NCBI GenBank assembly: GCA_963668175.1
Contig: OY764159.1
Coordinates: 1,376,001 to 1,440,000, forward strand
Source: Syntrophales bacterium
GTDB lineage: Bacteria > Desulfobacterota > Syntrophia > Syntrophales > PHBD01
Direction of reading: 5' to 3'
Length of the DNA: 64,000 nt
The translations under genes were made by a program, and so were the position numbers. Positions within the stretch are counted from its first letter, which is position 1. Each line of letters starts with the position of its first letter. This document shows positions 48,713-58,584 of this stretch, one piece after another. A model generated the notes under the pieces. It was not told where the DNA came from and did not search any database. It saw nothing but the letters and a program-made list of their open reading frames with translations.

Positions 48713-50143
48713 CTAGCGGGCTATCCGGTCCAAAACCGTACCGTCGGCCGCAATCAGCGTGATCTCCAGGGGCATCTGGCCCAGCGCATGGGTGGCGCAG
48801 GACAGGCACGGATCGTAGCAGCGGATCGCCGCCTCCACCCGGTTCAGCATCCCTTCCGTCAGTTTGTTGCCGTCGACGAAGGCCTTGGCGACCAGGCCCG
48901 AAGCGGTATGCATGGCCCAGTTGTTGTTTCCCGTCGCGACGATCAGGTTGATCCTCGTCAGGAGGCCGTTCTCGTCCGTCGAGTAGTCGTGGAACAAAGT
49001 CCCACGCGGGGCCTCGATGACACCGACTCCCTGGCCGCCGATCTTGTCGGTTGTGGGATAGGCCCTGATGTCCTCGGAGAGGATGTCCGGATCGTCCAGA
49101 AGCTCGCCGATGCGCTCCAGGGCGTAAACGATTTCGATCAGCCGGGCGTAATGGTAGTAGAGGGACCCCTCGACGGGTTTGCCGCCGCCTATCTGCTTGA
49201 ACACCTTGAACTCTTCCTGGGCGAGGGGTGTGCCGATCTTGTCGATGACGTTGAGCCTTCCCAGCGGTCCCACCCGGTAGGTCCCGTTCGGCCATCCAAG
49301 TTTCCGGTAGTACGGATACTTGAGGAACGACCAGGACTCCACATGCTCCGCCACATGGGCGAGGTAATGTTCGGGCTTGAACTGGGCGACCAGTTTCCCC
49401 TCCGAATCCTTGACCCGGATCTCGCCGTCGTAAAGCTGCAGGCCGCCTTCAAGGTCGACGAGCCCCATGTAATTGGACGGGAAGGAGGCGAAGGCCTTGG
49501 CCAGGTCCGCGTTCTCCGTCAAATAGTTCTTACCGATGGCCACGGCCGTCTTGGCGATATCGATCATCGTGTCCCGTTCCTTGGCGATGGCGTCGCGGTC
49601 CTTCTTGGACAGCGGATTGTTGACGCCTCCGGGGACGGCGAAGTTGGGATGAATGCGTTTCGCACCAAGCCTTTCGATGATCTGCTGGCCGTAGCGGCGC
49701 AGGTTCACCGCCTTCAGGGCCAGGTCCGGATTGGCCTTGATGATGCCGAAGACGTTGCGGTCCTTCGGATCGGCGTCGAAGCCGAAAACCAGGTCGGGCG
49801 CCGCCAGGTGGAAAAAGTGCATGCCGTGGGACTGCACCATCTGGCCCATGTGCATCAGTTCCCGGAGCAATTTTGCCGGCCGCGGCGGTTCCAGGCGGGC
49901 GACACCGTCGCAGGCCTTGGCCGCCGCCAGGTGATGGCTGACGGGACAGATGCCGCAGATGCGTTGTGTCAGCTGTGTCATTTCGAAGTAGGGACGGCCC
50001 TCGCAAAATTTCTCCAGGCCGCGGAATTCATCGACGTGGAAGAAGGTCTGGTCTACTGCACCCTGCTCATTGAGATGGATCGTGACCCGCCCGTGGCCTT
50101 CGATGCGTGTCACCGGTTCAATGGTTATTTTACGTGCATCCAT
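48713..50143 (-). CDS. hoxH: Group 3 [NiFe]-hydrogenase large subunit (HoxH/HydL)
   Basis: PVTRIEGH, L1 RICGICPVSH, EAPRGTLFH, and L2 DPCLSCATH followed by a cleavable C-terminal tail. Confidence 0.95.
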   Translation of the reverse strand: MDARKITIEPVTRIEGHGRVTIHLNEQGAVDQTFFHVDEFRGLEKFCEGRPYFEMTQLTQRICGICPVSHHLAAAKACDGVARLEPPRPAKLLRELMHMGQMVQSHGMHFFHLAAPDLVFGFDADPKDRNVFGIIKANPDLALKAVNLRRYGQQIIERLGAKRIHPNFAVPGGVNNPLSKKDRDAIAKERDTMIDIAKTAVAIGKNYLTENADLAKAFASFPSNYMGLVDLEGGLQLYDGEIRVKDSEGKLVAQFKPEHYLAHVAEHVESWSFLKYPYYRKLGWPNGTYRVGPLGRLNVIDKIGTPLAQEEFKVFKQIGGGKPVEGSLYYHYARLIEIVYALERIGELLDDPDILSEDIRAYPTTDKIGGQGVGVIEAPRGTLFHDYSTDENGLLTRINLIVATGNNNWAMHTASGLVAKAFVDGNKLTEGMLNRVEAAIRCYDPCLSCATHALGQMPLEITLIAADGTVLDRIAR

Positions 50144-50155
50144 AGAAGTTCTCCT

Positions 50156-50701
50156 CTAATCGTATGTGAAAAGTTCGGGCGGAATGACGATGGGTGTGCG
50201 CCCGGCTAGAAGTTCCGTCAAAGCGTAGTAAAACGCGTCGGCCCGGGGGGGACAGCCGGGGATGAAAAGGTCGACCTTCACAACCTTGTCCACACCCGTA
50301 ACCGTTTCCAGGGGCTTACCCAGCTCTTCGGAGTCGGGAATGAGGCCGTCGCATACGCTTTCCGTCTCCAGATAGGCCCGTTTCAGCGCCGCATCCTTTC
50401 CGCACAGGTTTCTCATGGCGGGGAGGCCGCCGAACGTGGCGCAGTCGCCCACGGCGATAAGGATCTGACAACGCTCCCTCATCTGCTTTGCCACTTCGAT
50501 ATTGTGCGTGTTACATATAGCACCTTCCAGTATGCCTACCGTCACGCCTTCCTTGGGGGGATGCTTGAGGTCGGTTACCGGGCTCGATGTAAATTCCACC
50601 GATTCCAGCAACTTGACGACGCGTTCGTCAATGTCGAGCAGCGACATATGACAGCCCGCACATCCAGCCAGCCAATCCGTGGCGATTTTAACCTTTGCCA
50701 T
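50156..50701 (-). CDS. hoxY: [NiFe]-hydrogenase small subunit, single cluster (HoxY/HydS)
   Basis: WLAGCAGCHMS, GDCA, PGCPP. 181 aa, no signal peptide. Confidence 0.93.
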   Translation of the reverse strand: MAKVKIATDWLAGCAGCHMSLLDIDERVVKLLESVEFTSSPVTDLKHPPKEGVTVGILEGAICNTHNIEVAKQMRERCQILIAVGDCATFGGLPAMRNLCGKDAALKRAYLETESVCDGLIPDSEELGKPLETVTGVDKVVKVDLFIPGCPPRADAFYYALTELLAGRTPIVIPPELFTYD

Positions 50702-50719
50702 AATCGTGGGATTCTCCTT

Positions 50720-52504
50720 TCAGTTGAGTTCCTTGACAGCTTGCGCCGTGATTTCTTCGAGAGACTTGCCGACCTTCTTGCCGAGCTTGGCGGCAAGGAG
50801 GGACAGGATGTCCCAGTCGGCCTTGGCCTCTCCCGACGGCTCAATCGCTTTGGAAACATGCTGAACCGTTCCCTCCGTGTTCGTCAGGCTTCCCGCACGC
50901 TCCGACCAGATGGCCATAGGCAGCACGACGTCGGCCTGTTCGGTTGCAGCCGATACGAAACTCGCCTGCACGACGGTGAACGCTTTCTTGTCCAGTTTAT
51001 CGAATACATCTCGGCCGTCCCATTCCTGTTCGCCCAGAAGGACGTAGAGGAATTTAAGGGCGTCCGGCTTGAAGCCGTTATTGAATCCGAAGGCGGTTGC
51101 CCCGTAGGTGTTGGCCCCGGGTTCCAGGGCGACAAACGACGCCTTGCCTTCCAGTTTCTTCAATTCGGCTGCCGCTTTCTTGGTGACGCCTGCCCCGTAC
51201 AGCACTATAGGGGAATCGGCGCGGGCGGCCACGGCCACGGCCTTGTCGATCTCGTCCATCGGCATATTTTTATAGGCAAAGGGTACGAGGCCGTTTTCCG
51301 GCCCGTCGACGACGATCAGACGGGCGCCTTTATCGACGGCCCGTTTGACGAAGAAGGAGGCGACGGGCTGGTCGGCGACAGGATCGGCGCCGACGACCAG
51401 AATAACGTCACCGGACGCGATTCCGGAGATTTTGCCCTTTTGTTTTTTTGCGAGGTCTGGTGCCGCGGCATTCAGCATGCCCCTGTTCTTCACCTTCAGT
51501 TCCTTGTGGAAGACGGCATCGAGAAGATAAAGCGCCTCGTTGGTGGCGTAGCTCGATGTCAACACCCCGGTTTCGCCCGCTTCGATTTTCTCCGCCTGCT
51601 TGGCCACGGTTTGCAGGGCCTCGCTCCAGGTCGCCTCTTCGAGTTTACCCTTCCTGCGTACGAGCGGCGTCGTGATGCGCTGGCGGCTTTCGTAGAGGGG
51701 GTTAAATCGTCCCAGTTTACAGAGCAGGCCGCCGTTGACGGCGCCGTCCCAGTCACCTTCGATGCGCAGGACGTTGCCGCCGCGGGTGACGATGTCCATG
51801 CTGCAGCCGATGCTGCACTGGCCGCAGGTGCTTTTGACATGTTCCACCTGCTTGTCACGGCCCATGAAGGCGCTCCGCTTGTCGAACAGCGCGCCCGTCG
51901 GGCAGACCTGCATGCAGGTGCCGCACTCGACGCAGGACGACTCCCCGAAGGGGATGTTTGCATCGGCGTGGACCATGGACTTGGCGCCCCGCCGCCGCAG
52001 ACCCAGGGTATGGTTCGCCACGAGATCGCTGCACGCGCGAATACACCGCGAACAGAGAACGCAGCGGTTCTGTTCCATAATGAAATCCTTCCGTGAGGCG
52101 TCAAGCCCGAACTGGGTCGTGTAGGTCGAATACGTGAAGTGGTCGAGACCGTAACGGTAGCCCAGGGCCTGCAGCTCGCAGTCTCCGCTGGCTTCGCAGT
52201 ACATGCAGTAATGGTTCCGTTCCGCGAAAATCATGTCCAGAACAAGTTTCCGTGCTTTTGTCACCCGCGGCGATTCCGTCAGCACTTCCATCCCTTCCGA
52301 AATGGGGAATACACAGGCTGCCTGCAGGTTGCGCTGTCCGGCAACCTCTACCACGCATACGCGACAGGCACCGATCGAACTCAGTGCCGGATGGTCGCAC
52401 AGCGTCGGGATGTCTATCCCCGCCTGTTTTGCTGCCTGAAGGATGGTTGTACCGGCAGGTGCGCTGACCGCATCACCGTTGATGGTAAGTTTCACCATCT
52501 TCAT
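50720..52504 (-). CDS. NuoG/HoxU-like Fe-S subunit with C-terminal degenerate molybdopterin-oxidoreductase-like domain (HydA of HydABCSL type)
   Basis: [2Fe-2S] IPTLC...GACRVC, HYCMYC...C, CVLCSRC and CVECGTC, plus CGQCSIGC...LC. Ends ADVVLP...E..GSLTNTEG. No H-cluster motifs. Confidence 0.88.
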   Translation of the reverse strand: MKMVKLTINGDAVSAPAGTTILQAAKQAGIDIPTLCDHPALSSIGACRVCVVEVAGQRNLQAACVFPISEGMEVLTESPRVTKARKLVLDMIFAERNHYCMYCEASGDCELQALGYRYGLDHFTYSTYTTQFGLDASRKDFIMEQNRCVLCSRCIRACSDLVANHTLGLRRRGAKSMVHADANIPFGESSCVECGTCMQVCPTGALFDKRSAFMGRDKQVEHVKSTCGQCSIGCSMDIVTRGGNVLRIEGDWDGAVNGGLLCKLGRFNPLYESRQRITTPLVRRKGKLEEATWSEALQTVAKQAEKIEAGETGVLTSSYATNEALYLLDAVFHKELKVKNRGMLNAAAPDLAKKQKGKISGIASGDVILVVGADPVADQPVASFFVKRAVDKGARLIVVDGPENGLVPFAYKNMPMDEIDKAVAVAARADSPIVLYGAGVTKKAAAELKKLEGKASFVALEPGANTYGATAFGFNNGFKPDALKFLYVLLGEQEWDGRDVFDKLDKKAFTVVQASFVSAATEQADVVLPMAIWSERAGSLTNTEGTVQHVSKAIEPSGEAKADWDILSLLAAKLGKKVGKSLEEITAQAVKELN

Positions 52505-52606
52505 CGTCTGACTTTCCTCCTCTCTTTATCTATTCCCGAGATCAGCGCGGCGGAACCTCGCTTGAGAGGAAGCCGCGAATCACTCCGGATCATTTCGTTT
52601 ATTATT

Positions 52607-55600
52607 CTATATCTCCGCATCGCATCTCAAGCAACGCGAAGCTTCCGCGACGGCCTGCTCTTTCGTGAAGCCCAGTTCCACCTCGACGAACGTCGTCTTC
52701 CTGTCCCCGCCGTGGAGTTCCGGCATTCTGGTCTGGGGACACTCGACCGTATCCTCGTCGATGATCAGGGGAACGTCGATCTTCTCGGAGGGCGGCGCCA
52801 CCCAGGCCGGTTCGCCGTTGCGCTTCCGGATCGTGCCGTCGATGTCGTCGGCGGCCTGATGACCGGCGGCTATGGCGCCGATGACCGTATCCGGGCCGGT
52901 GACCGCATCGCCGCCCGCATAGAACTTCGGATTGGTGGTCCGGGACTTGCTCTCTTTGTCCAGATCGAAGGTATCCCACTTGTTGACCGTGATACCACTG
53001 TCCTTCGGGACGAACGAAAGATCGGGAACCTGACCGATGGCGGCAATGACCGAGTCGACGGCCAGGGTAAACTCGGAACCCTTGATCGGAACGGGTTTCT
53101 TCCTTCCGCTGCGGTCAAAGTCGCCCAAGACCATCCGTTCGCAGGTTATCCCGCTCACCTTGCCGTCCTTCTGCTCGATCTTGAGCGGGGCGACGAGATA
53201 CTCGATCTTGATGCCCTCTTCCTCGGCGGCGACGATCTCTTCCTGGGCGGCCGGCATATCCTGCCGCAGGCGGCGGTAAAGGATGGTCACATCCGCTCCG
53301 AGTCTCAGGGCGCAACGGGCGGCATCGATGGCCGAGTTGCCGCCGCCGATGACGGCGACCTTCGCGCCCAGCGATTTGCTGCCTTTCGTCCAGGCTTCCT
53401 CGTTGGCGTTGAAGTCTCGCAGAAACTCCACGCCGCCGAAAACGCCTTTAATATCCTCTCCGGCCACGCCCATTTTCTGGCTCCGGTGCGCACCGGGGGC
53501 GAGGTAAACGAAGTCGTAATCCTTGTTGACCTGCTCGAACGACATATCCTTGCCGACACGGACGTTGCATTTGATGTCCACGCCCAGGGCCCGGATATCG
53601 TTAATCTCGCCGTCCAGGATGTTTCTCGGGAGCCTGTAGGACGGAATCGCCCAGCGCAGCATCCCGCCGGGGGCGGCGAGTTCTTCGAAGACGGTCACTT
53701 TATAGCCGCGCATCGCCAGGTCCCTGGCGCAGGTCAGACCCGCGGGGCCGGCGCCGACGACGGCGACCTTCTCTTTCCGGCTCACGGGCACCGCCTCGAT
53801 CTTCGGCCTGACGGCGTTATCGGTGATGAAGCGTTTCAGGAACTTGATCGCGATGGCTTCGTCCATCTTGCCCCGGCGGCATTTGGTCTGGCACTTGTGG
53901 TCGCAGACGCGGCCGCAGACCGACGGGAAGGGGTTCGTCTGGAGGAGAATCCTGTACGCGTCGCCGAAGCGCTCCGCCCTGATCAGCGCGATGTACGAGG
54001 GGATGTCCATCTCGATGGGGCAGGTGTGCTGACAGGGGGATTTGAAGAGGGCCGAGCAGACCGTGGCCACGCAGCGGTGGTTCCGGATGTGGTCCTCGTA
54101 TTCTTTCCGGAAATAGCGGATCGTGCTCAGAACGGGGTTTGGGGCCGTCTGGCCGAGACCGCAGAGGGAGGCATCCTTGATGATGGCGGCCATCTCTTCC
54201 AGTTTTTCGATGTCGCCTTCCTTGCCCTTGCCTTGGGTGATGTTGGTCAGGATCTCCAGCATCCGCTTCGTGCCTTCGCGGCAGGGCGTGCACTTGCCGC
54301 AGGATTCGTCCTGGCAGAAGTCCATAAAGAACCGGGCCATGTCGACGGCGCAGTTGTCTTCGTTCATGACGATCATGCCGCCGGAACCCATGATGGCGCC
54401 CAGTTCCGCCACCTTCTCGTAATCGATGGGGGCATTGAGATGCTGCGTGGGAATCATGCCGCCCGACGGACCGCCGAGCTGCGCGGCCTTGAATTTCTTA
54501 CCCTTGGGAATGCCGCCGCCGATGTCGTAGACGATCGTGCCCAGCGAAGTCCCCATGGGGACTTCGACGAGGCCCACGTTGTTCACGTCCCCCGTGAGCG
54601 CGAAGACCTTCGTTCCCTTGCTCTTTTCCGTACCCGCGCCGGCATACCAGGCGGCGCCGCGGTGAATGATCTGGCCGATGTTGGCCAGGGTTTCCACGTT
54701 GTTCAGAACGCTCGGCTTCTGCCACAGGCCGGCGATGGCCGGAAAGGGAGGCCGCGGACGGGGCATGCCGCGTTTGCCTTCGATGGATGTCATCAGGGCC
54801 GTCTCTTCTCCGCAGACGAAGGCGCCGGCGCCCTGGTAGATCTCCAGGTCGAAGTCGAAGCCCGTCCCCAGGATGTCCTTGCCCAGAAGACCCGCCTCCT
54901 GGGCCTGGCCGATGGCGATGTTCAGACGGTGGATGGCCAGGGGATACTCGGCCCGGCAGTAAATGTACCCGTGGTGGGACCCGATGGCCTTGGCGGCGAT
55001 GACCATGCCTTCCAGCACGGCATGGGGGTCCGCTTCCAGAACGCTTCTGTCCATGAATGCGCCCGGGTCGCCTTCGTCGGCGTTGCAGAGGACGTACTTA
55101 ACGTCTCCCGGCGACTGGGCGGCGAATTTCCATTTCATGCCCGTCGGGAACCCCGCCCCGCCTCTTCCGCGGATCCCCGAGTCGAGCACTTCCTTGACGA
55201 TCTCTTCGGGCTTCATCTCCGTGAGGGCCTTGGCCATTCCCGCATAACCGTCGCGGGCGATGTATTCCTCGATCTTTTCCGGATCGATGAGGCCCCGGTT
55301 GCGCAGCACCCGCAGGTCCTGAAGGGCGAAAAACGGGATGTCCTGCATGGTGGGAATGACGGTCTCTGTGGTCGGTTCCCGGTAGAGGAGCCTCTCCAGG
55401 ATGCGGCCCTTGACCAGGTGCTCTTCGACCAGTTCGGGGACGTCGCTGTCCTTGATCGTCATATAGATAACGCCGTCGGGATAGACGACCATGATCGGCC
55501 CCATGGCGCAGAAGCCGTTACATCCCGTTTCGACGACTTTAATTTCTTCATCGAGGCTTCTTTTATTCAGCTCCGCAATCAGGGCCTTCTTGACGGCGAT

Positions 55601-55663
55601 GGCCCCGGAGGCGTGACATCCCGTGCCTCCGCAAATCAATAGATGTGAGCGAAAAACCTTCAT
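52607..55663 (-). CDS. NuoF/HydB-like FMN NADH-binding subunit fused to a GltD/NfnB-like FAD/NADPH domain
   Basis: N-terminal [2Fe-2S], RGRGGAGFP, NADEGDPGAFMDR, CGEETAL, GGPSGG, CGKCTPCREG. Then PCQHTCP, CGRVC...C...C, GAGPAG and GGGNSA...YRR. Confidence 0.93.
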   Translation of the reverse strand: MKVFRSHLLICGGTGCHASGAIAVKKALIAELNKRSLDEEIKVVETGCNGFCAMGPIMVVYPDGVIYMTIKDSDVPELVEEHLVKGRILERLLYREPTTETVIPTMQDIPFFALQDLRVLRNRGLIDPEKIEEYIARDGYAGMAKALTEMKPEEIVKEVLDSGIRGRGGAGFPTGMKWKFAAQSPGDVKYVLCNADEGDPGAFMDRSVLEADPHAVLEGMVIAAKAIGSHHGYIYCRAEYPLAIHRLNIAIGQAQEAGLLGKDILGTGFDFDLEIYQGAGAFVCGEETALMTSIEGKRGMPRPRPPFPAIAGLWQKPSVLNNVETLANIGQIIHRGAAWYAGAGTEKSKGTKVFALTGDVNNVGLVEVPMGTSLGTIVYDIGGGIPKGKKFKAAQLGGPSGGMIPTQHLNAPIDYEKVAELGAIMGSGGMIVMNEDNCAVDMARFFMDFCQDESCGKCTPCREGTKRMLEILTNITQGKGKEGDIEKLEEMAAIIKDASLCGLGQTAPNPVLSTIRYFRKEYEDHIRNHRCVATVCSALFKSPCQHTCPIEMDIPSYIALIRAERFGDAYRILLQTNPFPSVCGRVCDHKCQTKCRRGKMDEAIAIKFLKRFITDNAVRPKIEAVPVSRKEKVAVVGAGPAGLTCARDLAMRGYKVTVFEELAAPGGMLRWAIPSYRLPRNILDGEINDIRALGVDIKCNVRVGKDMSFEQVNKDYDFVYLAPGAHRSQKMGVAGEDIKGVFGGVEFLRDFNANEEAWTKGSKSLGAKVAVIGGGNSAIDAARCALRLGADVTILYRRLRQDMPAAQEEIVAAEEEGIKIEYLVAPLKIEQKDGKVSGITCERMVLGDFDRSGRKKPVPIKGSEFTLAVDSVIAAIGQVPDLSFVPKDSGITVNKWDTFDLDKESKSRTTNPKFYAGGDAVTGPDTVIGAIAAGHQAADDIDGTIRKRNGEPAWVAPPSEKIDVPLIIDEDTVECPQTRMPELHGGDRKTTFVEVELGFTKEQAVAEASRCLRCDAEI

Positions 55664-55739
55664 TTGAATTGTTCCTCCTTCACGCGAAAAACTTTTGCGG
55701 CCGGGTCGCTCAACCGGACCCTGCCTGAGTCCTATTCCG

Positions 55740-56123
55740 TTATTTCAGAACTTCGGCGCCTTTGGCCAGAACGAAGGGGGTCTGCACTTCTCCCTCCAGG
55801 ATATGCTTCTTGAAGACCTGCCTCATCTTGTTGGCGTTCATCAGCTCGTACTTGATGGGTTCCTTGCCGAGGATTTCCACCGTTACGAGCGGTTCGCGAC
55901 TGCAAAGGCCCATGCACCCGGACGTGGTCACGACGACGTCGTTGACCCCCGCCTCGGCGATCTCACCCATAAGGCTGTTCAGGACGTCCCTCGCGCCCGA
56001 GGCGATCCCGCATGTTCCCATGTGCACGGTTACTTTGGCCCTTCTGTCTCCTTCCCGCAAGGCCGTTTCGGCGTGGACCTTGTCTTTGATTTTCTTCAAA
56101 TCCGCTATCGTCAGTTTTGCCAT
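55740..56123 (-). CDS. Thioredoxin-like [2Fe-2S] ferredoxin subunit (HndB/HydD-like)
   Basis: VHMGTCGIASGA and SGCMGLCSREP. Confidence 0.88.
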   Translation of the reverse strand: MAKLTIADLKKIKDKVHAETALREGDRRAKVTVHMGTCGIASGARDVLNSLMGEIAEAGVNDVVVTTSGCMGLCSREPLVTVEILGKEPIKYELMNANKMRQVFKKHILEGEVQTPFVLAKGAEVLK

Positions 56124-56153
56124 AACCAAGCCTCTCATTCGTTATGCTTTGTT

Positions 56154-56648
56154 TCAAGCGTATTGGTTCAGTACGTCCTTGACCTTGGCCGGCTTCATCC
56201 GGCCATGGACATCTTCGTCGACCACGATGACCGGACCCAGGCCGCAGGCGCCGAGGCACCGGACCGACTCGTAGGTGAACCGGCGGTCGGCCGTCGTTTC
56301 GCCTTCCGTGATGCCGTAAAGCTTTTCAATGGTTTCAGCCAGGGCTTTGCCCCCTCTGACATAACAGGCGGTTCCCAGGCACACCCTGATGGTGTGTCTG
56401 CCCCGAGGCGTCATCGTGAAGAACGAATAGAAAGTGACGACGCCATAGACCCTGCTTAAAGGCAGGTTCAACCCCTTGGCAATTCTTTTCTGCACCGGTA
56501 TGGGAAGATATTCCAGAACCATTTGCGCCTCTTCCAGGACCGGAATCAGTCCCCCCGGTTTATCCTTGAATTTCTCCACGATTGCGTCGAGCTTCTGGAT
56601 CTGCTCCGGTGTAAATTCGTTAAGCAGTTCTGTATCTTCTGACATCAT
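56154..56648 (-). CDS. NuoE/HydC/HndA-like [2Fe-2S] subunit
   Basis: YGVVTFYSFF, VCLGTACYVRG, RCLGACGLGP. Confidence 0.93.
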   Translation of the reverse strand: MMSEDTELLNEFTPEQIQKLDAIVEKFKDKPGGLIPVLEEAQMVLEYLPIPVQKRIAKGLNLPLSRVYGVVTFYSFFTMTPRGRHTIRVCLGTACYVRGGKALAETIEKLYGITEGETTADRRFTYESVRCLGACGLGPVIVVDEDVHGRMKPAKVKDVLNQYA

Positions 56649-57230
56649 TCAATCTTCCTCCTTCTGTTCCGAATTCGTGTGTTGAGCTTCCGATCCGATC
56701 TCCCTCAGCCCCTCCTCCATGTATTGCCGGATGAACTGAAGGACATCTAGATGATTAATGGGCAAGCCGTCAATCTCTTTTTTTATCTCTTTCGTGTCCA
56801 ATAAAAACAAACCCTTCGGGCCACGATGACGATAAAAAAAATCGATGCCGGGATTGCCGGTAATCAATGCCGTTACGGTATCCGCCATTTGGCCGAGCGG
56901 CTGCCGGTCGATGTGGCTGAACCGAAATTCGGCCGTGACGACCGTGCCTTCATTCTCCCTGGAGGCGACGGAAAAACGGCCGCCGGCGGTTCGGGCGGCC
57001 TCTTCCAGGAGGGGCAGTCCGAGACCCACCTTGCGCACGCCTTTCGTCGTGAAAAAGGGATCGAGGGCCTTGGCCAGGGTGGATTTGTCCATGCCCTTGC
57101 CGTCGTCCTTGATTTCGATGACGAGCCGGTCTTCCGCCGGGGCCTCGTCGATGGAAATCTCCACCGCCGCCGCGCCGGCCCGGGTAGCGTTCTCTGCAAT
57201 GTCCAGGATGTGGAGCGAGAGTTCGATCAT
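56649..57230 (-). CDS. Stand-alone histidine-kinase-like ATPase (HATPase_c)
   Basis: LSLHILDIAEN, DDGKGM, DPFFTTK, GLGLPLL, HIDRQPLG. No HisKA domain. Confidence 0.87.
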   Translation of the reverse strand: MIELSLHILDIAENATRAGAAAVEISIDEAPAEDRLVIEIKDDGKGMDKSTLAKALDPFFTTKGVRKVGLGLPLLEEAARTAGGRFSVASRENEGTVVTAEFRFSHIDRQPLGQMADTVTALITGNPGIDFFYRHRGPKGLFLLDTKEIKKEIDGLPINHLDVLQFIRQYMEEGLREIGSEAQHTNSEQKEED

Positions 57231-57231
57231 A

Positions 57232-57969
57232 TCACGTCAGGATCGCTCTTCCTTCGCTTCCGGTAAAGGCCAGTTTCAGCTCGGGAACCGTTGCCGACTT
57301 CATGGCGATCGAGGTGAAGGTCCTTCCGATGTCCCTGATGAAATGGGCATCGGAGGATTGAATCATCGCATATTCCGCAAATTCTGGATATTGCTTCCTT
57401 CCGCCCTTGATCCCCGTCGCCGCCGATACCTCAAGGGCGTCGAACGGGGTGTCCGGGTCCAGGAACCCCAACTGGCTTAAGACGCTGAAGCTCTCGCGGT
57501 CGATATGCGCGGCGACGGCCAGCCCTTCCAGCCTGTGGATATGCCCGACAAGAAGGGAGAGCGGCAGCTCCGTGGCCCCGATGAGAAGCCTGGTGTTGAT
57601 CCCCTCCACTTCGTCATTTTCATTGACGATCGCCTGGCAGCCGAAGGCGTCTTCGTCGTTTTCGCCCGGCAGATGCTCGTAAATGAGCGTCTGAAGCCTG
57701 AACAGGGCATCCGTATTGTCAAAGATGGCCAGAACGTGTACCTCCTCGCGGCTGGTTATTTCCATGCCGGGCAGGACCGTCAACGGGGTTCCCTCCGCGC
57801 ATTTCGCGACGTAAGGGACGCTCTCCGACGCGTTATGATCGCAGACGGCGATCACGTCCAGCCCCAGGTCCAGGCAGCGATTGACCACCGCCCTCGGGTA
57901 CATGTCCAGTTCCGCACAGGGAGAGAGGCATGTATGGACATGGAGATCGCAACGGAAAACCTTGCACAT
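57232..57969 (-). CDS. PHP-domain phosphoesterase
   Basis: DLHVHTCLSPC, CDHN, EEVH, AHIDR, SSDAH. Confidence 0.9.
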   Translation of the reverse strand: MCKVFRCDLHVHTCLSPCAELDMYPRAVVNRCLDLGLDVIAVCDHNASESVPYVAKCAEGTPLTVLPGMEITSREEVHVLAIFDNTDALFRLQTLIYEHLPGENDEDAFGCQAIVNENDEVEGINTRLLIGATELPLSLLVGHIHRLEGLAVAAHIDRESFSVLSQLGFLDPDTPFDALEVSAATGIKGGRKQYPEFAEYAMIQSSDAHFIRDIGRTFTSIAMKSATVPELKLAFTGSEGRAILT

Positions 57970-58019
57970 CCTCTGTTCCCTGGTATAACCTCAAAAAAAA
58001 AGACCTCCGGGGGGAGGCC

Positions 58020-58385
58020 TCATGCTCCATGATCGCTATGTGCCTTAATATCGGCGTTCATCAAGTCGTAAATACGACCGGCCGTCTCGAATGCCGAGTG
58101 GTCGGTCACCAGAATGGGGACACCTTTTTCGGCGGCCTTTTCCAGCGTATCCGGGGCCGGTTCGTTTCCCTGTACGAGAATAATTCCCGCGACGTCCCTG
58201 AGACTTGCAACGGCGATAATATTCTGATGAACCTGCCTCGTAATCCAGATGTCGCCTTCCTTGCAGTTGGCGATGACATCGCTGAGCAGATCTCCCGAAT
58301 ATCCGCCCGTCACTTCGTTCTTAAGCTTGTCTCCTCCGCATCTGACTCCGAGACCCAAGGCCTGGACGACTTTTTCTAAATTCAT
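58020..58385 (-). CDS. DRTGG-domain protein
   Basis: GGYSGDLLSDV and WITRQVHQNIIAVASL. Confidence 0.85.
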   Translation of the reverse strand: MNLEKVVQALGLGVRCGGDKLKNEVTGGYSGDLLSDVIANCKEGDIWITRQVHQNIIAVASLRDVAGIILVQGNEPAPDTLEKAAEKGVPILVTDHSAFETAGRIYDLMNADIKAHSDHGA

Positions 58386-58584
58386 ATCCTAGCTTCCTCT
58401 TTCCGCAGCGATAAGCGAACCTAAACCCAATAAAATTCCAGGCGGAAAGGTTTCCGGCCGGTATTTCTCTCCGGGCACACCTATTCTCTAACACAGCGCA
58501 ACCCCGGGGGCCAATCCTCTTTGCTGAGTTGTGTTCTATCGGATGAAGCTGGTACCTAACAAGAGCGGGGAACTGGTTGTAAGA

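Noticed and set aside
48713..50143. [NiFeSe]-hydrogenase
   Set aside because: The L2 motif is DPCLSC with Cys codons and there is no in-frame TGA.
52139..55642. 1167-aa + strand ORF and other long antisense ORFs (e.g. 29046..30800, 36294..38015, 15352..16851, 48707..50209)
   Set aside because: These are shadow ORFs opposite well-supported genes in GC-rich DNA, with no recognisable motifs.
58386..58584. Riboswitch or gene remnant between the DRTGG genes
   Set aside because: No recognisable aptamer consensus or ORF by eye. An Infernal/Rfam search would be needed to exclude one.
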